Source: a virus
Taxonomy: Duplodnaviria; Heunggongvirae; Uroviricota; Caudoviricetes
Direction: 5' to 3' (one strand)
DNA: 5,568 bases
IMG/VR virus record: IMGVR_UViG_2675903504_000001
Within the stretch, counting starts at the first letter, position 1, and each line of letters starts with the position of its first letter. The position numbers were made by a program, and so were the translations under genes. The notes below the pieces were generated by a model. The model saw nothing but the letters and a program-made list of their open reading frames with translations, did no database searches and was not told the DNA's origin. Of the stretch, positions 1 through 5,511 are shown in pieces.

Positions 1-311
1 AAGTTGGCAGCATCACCGCCACAGAGAATGTTCATATTGTATTAAAAAATGATAATACAGTGTTATTAAAGGGCCTAAAAAACATTGTGTCTGTCAAATT
101 TTCAAAGGATAGGCATCTTATAGAAACGACCTCTAATAAGCTGAAATCCAGAGAGATCACATTTCAGGAATACAGAAGAAACCTTGCTAAAGCAGGAGTT
201 TTTCGGTGGGTTACAAATATCCACGAACAAAAAAGATATTACTATACCTTTGATAATTCATTACTCTTTACTGAAAACATACAGAGCACATCACAAATGT
301 TTCCACACTAA
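1..311 (+). CDS. 3' portion of a conserved prophage protein, possibly DUF1398 (YbcV/YdfO-like); 5' end lies outside the window
   Basis: The frame is open from the window edge (no stop in frame from position 3) to TAA at 309-311. The track's start at 60 is an in-frame GTG, so the true start is probably upstream of the window. Family assignment rests on recalled resemblance of the AGVFRW...HEQKRYYY segment and on position near a lambdoid lysis cassette on the opposite strand, as in K-12 DLP12/Qin; not verified. Confidence 0.45.
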   Translation, partial: VGSITATENVHIVLKNDNTVLLKGLKNIVSVKFSKDRHLIETTSNKLKSREITFQEYRRNLAKAGVFRWVTNIHEQKRYYYTFDNSLLFTENIQSTSQMFPH

Positions 312-805
312 ACCATAACGTCCGGTTTCTTCTACCCCTGCACCGGACTGGCTGACATGAAGAGCAACCCCGCGTTCAGTTGACGCGTTAATAACCCGGT
401 GTGCATCGTTTTTGATTATTCCCGCACACTCACGCAGAAGGAATTCCCCGTCGGGCTACGGTCATGGTTAATGCGGGAATACGGCGACGATACAGCGCAT
501 GATGTGTCAGGCTTGAATACCTTTATCCGTTAAAAGGGATATCAGTTAAGTTATCCCGTGTAGGGTATAAGCCATTGTCGAGACCACTCATTGAATGGCC
601 TCTGCAATAACCGATGTCTTTCCATCAGTCCGCCACCACAAAGAATCTTTTTTGCCTTAAGGCAGGAGCTTCATCTTTCAGTGGCTGCCAGTGTTATTTC
701 CCCACTTACTGGCTTGGGTTGTTTCGTGGTACTGCCGTTAACTGGTGGCCCAGAATAAATTCCGGTTTCATTATCAAGCCCACCCGTAAATGGGCTTTGT
801 AATGG

Positions 806-1075
806 CTACTTCACTTTTGCTTTTGCTTTTGCTTCCGCTCGCTTACGCCGGCGCTCTTCTTTCCTCTCGGCTTTTGCCATGTCCATGAATGCCTGCATGA
901 TCGAGTTCCGCATCATGTAGCTAACAAAGTGATGATTGACACAGCCGTTGAGGCGCAGCTGCTCGCCAAACTCATCCACCGAGGCCAATGCTTCCATCAT
1001 GCCCTTCTCGCCTTTCATGAACTCTGAGAAGTCGCGCCCCGCTCTGGAGGCGTATTCAATGACACGATCACTCAT
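806..1075 (-). CDS. hypothetical small protein (89 aa) with strongly basic Lys/Arg/Ala-rich C-terminal tail (ERKEERRRKRAEAKAKAKVK)
   Basis: ORF of 89 codons whose ATG (1073-1075) overlaps the TGA of the upstream KilA-N gene in an ATGA arrangement, indicating translational coupling. Stop is TAG at 806-808. No family recognised from sequence. Confidence 0.55.
   Translation of the reverse strand: MSDRVIEYASRAGRDFSEFMKGEKGMMEALASVDEFGEQLRLNGCVNHHFVSYMMRNSIMQAFMDMAKAERKEERRRKRAEAKAKAKVK
814..837. repeat. hexanucleotide tandem repeat (CTTTTG)x3 plus one degenerate unit, in frame within the 3' end of the 806-1075 CDS
   Basis: Plus strand 814-831 reads cttttg cttttg cttttg, followed by cttccg at 832-837. 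On the coding (-) strand this is GCAAAA-type repeats encoding the AKAKAK tail. Confidence 0.5.
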
Positions 1076-1569
1076 CCCGGAAGCCCGGGGATCGTAATCT
1101 GCAGCTGGTTAGCCAGGGAGTTAATCTCAGCGACCAACACTGGCTTCGTATAGCGCCATGCTGCCAGCCCTTGTCCGCAGAAGCTCGCCATGTCTTTCTT
1201 CTGGTCAAACTCATGACATTTCATGTTGAGCTGCGCACTTAAGCTGTTGCGATGCTGAAGTTCTCCGGTGAAGTAGTCATCGAGGACTTTATAGGCCGCG
1301 TACTTGAACCCGGGGTTTAACCAAGCCGCATAATCGTAAGCAACAAACTTCCCGCCATATGTTCCACCGTGTACACCGCGCTCAGTAAAAACCACAGATT
1401 CGTGGTTTTTCTCCAGCTCGGCTAAGAACTCTTTGGTCTGCTTGTTTCGCAGGTAGTGGTAAGGCGATTCAGATTCACTTTTACCACTGGCTTTCCACAT
1501 ATCAGTGAGGCAGATCATGCCATCTTCACCGATACGAATTGGTTGATTGAAGAGGGTTAATGATTTCAT
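1072..1569 (-). CDS. KilA-N domain protein (prophage-encoded, putative DNA-binding/antirepressor-like)
   Basis: 165-aa ORF. The central segment GVHGGTYGGKFVAYDYAAWLNPGF matches the recalled KilA-N signature (GTW-HP-LA...W-SP-F). A plausible SD (AGAGTAGG) lies ~9 nt upstream of the ATG at 1567-1569. Domain call is from memory of the family pattern. Confidence 0.65.
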   Translation of the reverse strand: MKSLTLFNQPIRIGEDGMICLTDMWKASGKSESESPYHYLRNKQTKEFLAELEKNHESVVFTERGVHGGTYGGKFVAYDYAAWLNPGFKYAAYKVLDDYFTGELQHRNSLSAQLNMKCHEFDQKKDMASFCGQGLAAWRYTKPVLVAEINSLANQLQITIPGLPG

Positions 1570-1684
1570 AGCGTGTACCTACTCTTTGAAATGAACCTTT
1601 GCCGCACAGGAAACCAGCCCACCGAGGCTCGCCAGCACTAACTGGTATCCTCAAAGGCCCATTCCAAAGGGGCAGGTTCGGTGT

Positions 1685-1739
1685 AAAAAACATGCGTTGC
1701 GGTACGCATTTATTGCAAAAAGCCCCGCATCGCGAGGCT
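1685..1739 (-). terminator. tandem rho-independent terminators downstream of Rz/Rz1 (on - strand)
   Basis: Hairpin 1721-1739 (agccccgc/atc/gcgaggct) forms an 8-bp stem with one G-U wobble on the - strand RNA (a C-A mismatch on the + strand) and is followed on the - strand by U4-5 (plus 1717-1720). Hairpin 1692-1709 (atgcgt/tgcggt/acgcat) is followed on the - strand by G then U6 (plus 1685-1690). Confidence 0.5.
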
Positions 1740-1770
1740 CATTAAATGGACTTTGTGATTTGCAAAAAAA

Positions 1771-2244
1771 TTATTTCAGGCATTGCGTCCTGATGTATTC
1801 CTGCAGGTAGTTAACCTGCGCGGTTATCTTGTCGATTCCACTTCGGAGACGGTAATAATTGAGTTCAGCATCTGCTGTAAGTCCTGGGCTTTCTCCATCG
1901 CCCATGCCGCTGGCTCCGGTCGTTGACTTTGCACAGGTGGCGGCGACTTGCAGGCGCTTACGCCCAGCAGAAACATCAGCACGGAGACTTTCGATAGTCG
2001 CGTTAGCATCAGCAAGCTCCTTTGTGTATCTTGCGTCGAGTTCTGCTACATCACGTTGACGCTTCCGCATGTCAGCGATGGTGGCGTTCGCCTTCTCCAG
2101 TTCACTGGCCTTGTTATCGCGCTGCTCTTTGTAGGCGATTGCGTTATCACGGTAATGATTAACAGCCCATGACAGGCAGACGATGATGCAGATAACCAGA
2201 GCATAAATAATCGCGGCGACTCTGCTCACTGATCTATCCCCCAA
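1771..2244 (-). CDS. Rz: Rz i-spanin (inner-membrane spanin subunit)
   Basis: 157-aa ORF with an N-terminal hydrophobic TMD ([20 protein letters not shown]) followed by a charged, coiled-coil-like periplasmic domain. Its start overlaps the 3' end of the endolysin gene by 19 nt and it contains an embedded out-of-frame lipoprotein ORF, the canonical Rz/Rz1 architecture. Confidence 0.85.
   Translation of the reverse strand: MGDRSVSRVAAIIYALVICIIVCLSWAVNHYRDNAIAYKEQRDNKASELEKANATIADMRKRQRDVAELDARYTKELADANATIESLRADVSAGRKRLQVAATCAKSTTGASGMGDGESPGLTADAELNYYRLRSGIDKITAQVNYLQEYIRTQCLK
1824..2015 (-). CDS. Rz1: Rz1 o-spanin (outer-membrane lipoprotein) embedded in the +1 frame of Rz
   Basis: 63-aa ORF entirely inside Rz in another frame. 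Signal peptide ends in a lipobox-like VSAC followed by a proline-rich mature region ([16 protein letters not shown]), typical of Rz1. The exact start (Met1 or Met3) is uncertain. Confidence 0.65.
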   Translation of the reverse strand: MLMLTRLSKVSVLMFLLGVSACKSPPPVQSQRPEPAAWAMEKAQDLQQMLNSIITVSEVESTR

Positions 2245-2759
2245 CAGGCTAATGCGCTTTCCTGGTCACGACGAATAACCTGTCCATAGCAGTTATTTGA
2301 ACGTATGCGGCAATCGCGCCCACCATCTTTTATCCACCAGCGAATCGCCTCGCATGCACCTTTACGATCACCGGCATTCAGCCGCTTATAAAACGTCGAC
2401 GGGAAACACTTACCGGGGCCAATGTTATAGGGACAAAATGACGCGATACCCGCTTTCTGTGGTTCGGTCAGTGGCACTTTAATATTGCGCTCCACCCATG
2501 CCAGCGCCTTATCCCGTTCAATGGCGTTAACCTGGTCGCATTTTTCCTTCGACAGTTTCATACCGGGAAAAACGGGTTTTCCATCCACCACCGTGGCACC
2601 CCGACAGATGGTCCAGATGCCGGAACCATCGCGGTATGCCGTTGTGTGGTTACCTTCTTTTTCATCCAGAAACTGGTCGAGAATATCAGGCGCAGGCGCA
2701 CCGACGGCAATCAGTGCCAGAACGGCAGCCGACAGGCCGTATCTGATTTTTGCGTTCAT
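2226..2759 (-). CDS. R: SAR (signal-anchor-release) endolysin, GH24 T4-lysozyme-like muramidase
   Basis: 177-aa ORF. N-terminus has K/R followed by a weakly hydrophobic Gly/Ala-rich segment ([18 protein letters not shown]) typical of SAR domains. Catalytic E-x8-D-x5-T triad is present ([16 protein letters not shown]). Size and context match the recalled K-12 Qin RrrQ-type lysozyme. Confidence 0.9.
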   Translation of the reverse strand: MNAKIRYGLSAAVLALIAVGAPAPDILDQFLDEKEGNHTTAYRDGSGIWTICRGATVVDGKPVFPGMKLSKEKCDQVNAIERDKALAWVERNIKVPLTEPQKAGIASFCPYNIGPGKCFPSTFYKRLNAGDRKGACEAIRWWIKDGGRDCRIRSNNCYGQVIRRDQESALACWGIDQ

Positions 2760-2864
2760 GGATATTTATCAGGATTTATCGGTTTCTGAACCCTGGATAT
2801 GTTTATCTGTCCCGGCCTGTTGAATCAGGCAAGGAATAGTTAAATACAATAGAGAGGATTGTTT

Positions 2865-2954
2865 ATGGACAATAGCACCATTTCTCTACAGGAGTTGCTC
2901 GACTGCATTTCCAAGCTTCGGGATGATGTAAATGCCCTTACTGTCGCATTTTAA
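2865..2954 (+). CDS. candidate small ORF (29 aa, MDNSTISLQELLDCISKLRDDVNALTVAF) on the strand opposite to the lysis genes
   Basis: ATG at 2865 is preceded by a strong SD (agagagga at 2851-2858, 6-nt spacing); stop is TAA at 2952-2954. It lies in an otherwise unexplained 340-bp gap between the DUF1327-like gene and the endolysin gene. No homology recognised and the peptide is not hydrophobic. Below the ORF-track cutoff, so speculative. Confidence 0.2.
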   Translation: MDNSTISLQELLDCISKLRDDVNALTVAF

Positions 2955-3102
2955 TATCTGGCATTCTCAATTCCCAAGGAACAAATGCAACCAACACTGG
3001 CATCGCTCCAGCTTGAATCACTCAACCCCAAATGGTCCCAGCAACAACAAAATTCTTTCAAGTGGCTGGCGGTATTACTGGAAGAAAAATATGCTGGTGA
3101 AA

Positions 3103-3447
3103 TTACCATTTCGGCGGAGTCTTCAGAGAACCAGTAATTCTTCCCGGTAGCTTTCCTTTGTAGGTTATCCACACATTCTGCGCCTCTAAAATTATGGGGC
3201 GCTTTTCCGGCGACAGCTCATCCCCTTCACATAACCCGGCAGCAACATCCAGGAAGACCTGTCTGATGCTCCTTCTGGCTGCTGCCTCATAAAACTCCAG
3301 CGCGGCACCTTCAACACGGTCCAGCGAGATGTCCAGGTCAAAAATTTCACCGTCAAAGCGTTTTTTGTCCCGTAACGCTAAAGTTACCGTAACTTTATTC
3401 TCAAAATTGCGGATCCCTTTCACAATCAGTTCATAGTTTTGAGTCAT
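3103..3447 (-). CDS. DUF1327-like (YdfR-like) prophage protein located between holin and endolysin
   Basis: 114-aa ORF starting 4 nt after the holin stop, with SD-like GGGGAGAG inside the holin 3' end. The holin - DUF1327 - lysozyme - Rz order matches the recalled essQ-ydfR-rrrQ-rzpQ order of the K-12 Qin prophage. Family assignment is by synteny and recalled N-terminal similarity, not verified. Confidence 0.55.
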   Translation of the reverse strand: MTQNYELIVKGIRNFENKVTVTLALRDKKRFDGEIFDLDISLDRVEGAALEFYEAAARRSIRQVFLDVAAGLCEGDELSPEKRPIILEAQNVWITYKGKLPGRITGSLKTPPKW

Positions 3448-3451
3448 TGAA

Positions 3452-3667
3452 TTACTCTCCCCGTGCAGCCTTACGCTTGTCTTCTTTAATCTTGAAATAA
3501 AGGTTTGTCAGGTACGTCAGCATGCCAAATACCAGGCTACCCAGCACTCCAATTGCCGCCCACTGTGAGGGCGTGACTTTATCTAGCAGCTGTAAAAACC
3601 AGTACCCGGCACTACCTGCTGAGGTGCCATAGGCGACACCCGTTGTTAACTTATCCATGGATTTCAT
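3452..3667 (-). CDS. S: class II pinholin, phage 21 S21-like (71 aa) with dual-start motif
   Basis: 71-aa ORF beginning MKSMDK (Met1 and Met4, the S21-71 antiholin / S21-68 holin dual-start arrangement). Two TMDs are present ([19 protein letters not shown] and [23 protein letters not shown]) with a charged C-terminus ([13 protein letters not shown]). Strong SD GAGGTG lies 6 nt upstream of Met1. Near-identity to phage 21 S / K-12 EssQ is recalled from memory. Confidence 0.9.
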   Translation of the reverse strand: MKSMDKLTTGVAYGTSAGSAGYWFLQLLDKVTPSQWAAIGVLGSLVFGMLTYLTNLYFKIKEDKRKAARGE

Positions 3668-3777
3668 AACCCCACCTCGCAGACAAAGCGGGTGTAAATT
3701 GAGGGAATACTACGAAACGTAACAGACTCGGAGTCAGTGAATAACTCAGGTATTGGGTTATCAGCTAATATCGAGAC

Positions 3778-3812
3778 TCAAAAAATGGAAAAACCCGCTC
3801 GACGGCGGGTTT
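3778..3812 (-). terminator. rho-independent terminator on the - strand ~110 bp upstream of the holin start
   Basis: Perfect hairpin aaacccgc/tcgacg/gcgggttt at 3791-3812 (GC core cccgc/gcggg). On the - strand RNA it is followed by UUUUUCCAUUUUUUG (complement of plus 3779-3793). On the + strand it is followed only by UUUAAGC, so it is oriented for - strand transcription. Confidence 0.5.
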
Positions 3813-4240
3813 AAGCTGTGTGACGAAGTAACCACTCTTAACAGCATAACCAATTTTTTACGTACGTAAACCACTAAATGATATTTGCGAGAATGCTACC
3901 GAGTATTGAAAACACCACTACAAATACATAAGCAAATCTCAACAAATAACCAACAAATAATTTCCAGTGTTATTTTTAGCCGGTTTAAATTGAACCTTCA
4001 AATTATAGAGCACTTATAAATAACAGCCGTTAATATAAATTGGCTAATAGATTTATTTTTATTCAGCCAAGAGCCATGAATAGGATTCGATAGAAAAAAG
4101 TTCAGATAAAAATAGAGATCTACTTCACAAATCAAACGAGAAACCAAAACTTACATCTTGAAATAATCACATTGATTAGATGAATATTTATCGCGCAGTG
4201 ACATCATTTTTTAATAATAGTTCAAAAAAAAGGGCTCACG
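3813..4240. promoter_or_regulatory. AT-rich divergent regulatory region upstream of the porin gene, with an OmpR-box-like motif and candidate promoter elements
   Basis: About 430 bp of A/T-rich sequence with many A-tracts. TTACATCTTGAAAT at 4151-4164 resembles recalled OmpR-site sequence from ompC/ompF promoters (ACATTTTGAAAC). Candidate -35 TTGAAA (4158-4163) and -10 GAATAT (4182-4187) with 18-bp spacing. Porin SD aaggg lies ~8-12 nt before ATG 4241. Promoter assignment is weak. Confidence 0.35.
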
Positions 4241-5323
4241 ATGAAAAAATTAACAGTGGCAATTTCTGCTGTAGCTGCATCAGTACTGATGGCGATGTCT
4301 GCTCAGGCAGCTGAAATTTATAATAAAGACAGTAACAAGCTGGATCTGTACGGGAAAGTTAATGCTAAGCACTACTTCTCCTCTAATGATGCAGATGATG
4401 GTGATACTACTTATGCCCGTCTTGGCTTCAAAGGTGAAACCCAAATCAACGATCAACTGACTGGTTTCGGTCAGTGGGAATATGAATTCAAAGGCAACCG
4501 CGCTGAATCTCAAGGTTCCTCCAAAGATAAAACCCGTCTTGCCTTCGCTGGCCTGAAATTCGGTGACTACGGCTCCATCGATTATGGCCGTAACTACGGT
4601 GTAGCATACGATATTGGTGCATGGACCGACGTTCTGCCAGAATTCGGTGGCGATACCTGGACCCAAACAGATGTATTCATGACTGGTCGCACCACAGGTG
4701 TTGCAACTTATCGTAACAACGACTTCTTTGGTCTGGTTGATGGTCTGAACTTTGCTGCTCAGTATCAGGGTAAAAATGACCGCACTGACGTAACTCAAGC
4801 TAATGGTGATGGTTTCGGTTTCTCCACTACTTATGAGTATGAAGGTTTCGGCGTAGGTGCAACCTATGCTAAATCTGACCGCACTAATAATCAGGTTATC
4901 TACGGTAACAACAGCCTGAATGCATCTGGTCAAAATGCTGAAGTATGGGCAGCTGGTCTGAAATATGATGCGAACAACATCTATCTGGCTACCACCTATT
5001 CTGAAACCCAGAACATGACTGTTTTTGGTAATAACCATATTGCCAACAAAGCACAAAACTTCGAAGTAGTTGCACAATATCAGTTCGACTTCGGTCTGCG
5101 TCCGTCCGTTGCTTACCTGCAATCTAAAGGAAAAGACTTGGGTGCGTGGGGTGATCAGGACCTGGTTGAATATATTGATGTAGGTGCAACCTATTACTTC
5201 AACAAAAATATGTCCACTTTTGTTGATTACAAAATCAACCTGATTGATAAGAGCGATTTCACGAAAGCATCTGGCGTTGCTACCGATGATATCGTTGCTG
5301 TAGGTATGGTTTACCAGTTCTAA
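4241..5323 (+). CDS. nmpC: outer-membrane general porin, OmpC/OmpF/PhoE superfamily; prophage-encoded NmpC/Lc (OmpD-like) type
   Basis: 360-aa ORF with signal peptide [23 protein letters not shown] / AEIYNKD. Porin hallmarks throughout: [109 protein letters not shown], and C-terminal aromatic F (VYQF). N-terminus and overall sequence match recalled E. coli NmpC / phage PA-2 Lc. Location between the phage late regulator region and the holin matches the DLP12 quuD-nmpC-essD arrangement. Confidence 0.93.
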   Translation: MKKLTVAISAVAASVLMAMSAQAAEIYNKDSNKLDLYGKVNAKHYFSSNDADDGDTTYARLGFKGETQINDQLTGFGQWEYEFKGNRAESQGSSKDKTRLAFAGLKFGDYGSIDYGRNYGVAYDIGAWTDVLPEFGGDTWTQTDVFMTGRTTGVATYRNNDFFGLVDGLNFAAQYQGKNDRTDVTQANGDGFGFSTTYEYEGFGVGATYAKSDRTNNQVIYGNNSLNASGQNAEVWAAGLKYDANNIYLATTYSETQNMTVFGNNHIANKAQNFEVVAQYQFDFGLRPSVAYLQSKGKDLGAWGDQDLVEYIDVGATYYFNKNMSTFVDYKINLIDKSDFTKASGVATDDIVAVGMVYQF

Positions 5324-5338
5324 TTTGATTACTAAAAG

Positions 5339-5421
5339 ATATGTTGCGGGAGGCTTTGCCTCCCCAACATATAAGTGGCTCCCTCAAGCCACTTCCTTTA
5401 GAAGCACAACCTTGCTTCTAA
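5339..5421. other. array of three immediately adjacent perfect or near-perfect stem-loops; the first (5339-5372) is a candidate - strand terminator (tR'-like)
   Basis: Hairpin A 5339-5372: atatgttg-c-gggaggc/ttt/gcctccc-caacatat (15 bp with a 1-nt bulge). Hairpin B 5373-5394: aagtggct/ccctca/agccactt (8 bp). Hairpin C 5398-5421: ttagaagca/caacct/tgcttctaa (9 bp). On the - strand RNA, hairpin A is followed by CUUUUAGUAAUC; on the + strand it is not followed by a U-run. Confidence 0.45.
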
Positions 5422-5450
5422 CTATATAAACCTTCTGTTATATATTACCC

Positions 5451-5486
5451 TTTATTTTTGGGGGCGTTGCAACGCCCCATTTTTAA
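5451..5486 (+). terminator. rho-independent terminator of the porin gene
   Basis: Perfect GC-rich palindrome ggggcgttgcaacgcccc at 5461-5478, preceded by tttatttttg and followed on the + strand by AUUUUUAAUAAC (T5 at 5480-5484). On the - strand it is followed by an A-run, so it is + strand specific. Confidence 0.6.
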
Positions 5487-5511
5487 TAACTTTTAGTAAA
5501 CAACTGGCATA

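Noticed and set aside
614-802. 62-aa + strand ORF in the convergent intergenic region
   Set aside because: No convincing SD upstream of the ATG. Trp/Cys/Phe-rich translation with no recognisable family. Kept only as part of the finding on the 312-805 interval.
480-805. Possible bor-like lipoprotein remnant read on the - strand (for example KILCGGG versus recalled Bor KICGGAEN)
   Set aside because: Similarity appears only in short patches across different frames, there is no start codon, and in lambda and DLP12 bor is oriented opposite to the lysis genes, which would put it on the + strand here. Too weak to call without a tblastx search.
1859-2172. Two + strand ORFs (1859-2059, 1948-2172) overlapping Rz/Rz1
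   Set aside because: Antisense to Rz. The Ala/Ser-rich translations are mirror artefacts of the Rz coding frame.
2297-2823. Two + strand ORFs (2297-2482, 2485-2823) overlapping the endolysin gene
   Set aside because: Antisense to the well-supported SAR endolysin CDS, with no SD and no recognisable product; shadow ORFs.
2932-3172. Overlapping ORFs 2932-3150 (+) and 2951-3172 (-) at the 3' end of the DUF1327-like gene
   Set aside because: Both overlap the better-supported 3103-3447 CDS in other frames, and neither has an SD or recognisable motifs. They could reflect a frameshifted C-terminus, but I cannot show that.
3725-3735. Short palindrome gactcggagtc in the holin 5' leader
   Set aside because: Only 5 bp per arm, which is expected by chance in this much sequence; no supporting context.
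4075-4100. tRNA-like T-loop motif (ggattcgata / tcgaatcc)
   Set aside because: No flanking complementary stems for a T-arm or acceptor stem, and the surrounding sequence is AT-rich promoter-like DNA; not a tRNA.
4280-5122. 280-aa ORF on the - strand inside the porin gene
   Set aside because: Entirely antisense to a strongly supported porin CDS. The translation is low-complexity (Ile/Thr/Val-rich) with no recognisable motif, typical of a shadow ORF on the opposite strand of a codon-biased gene.
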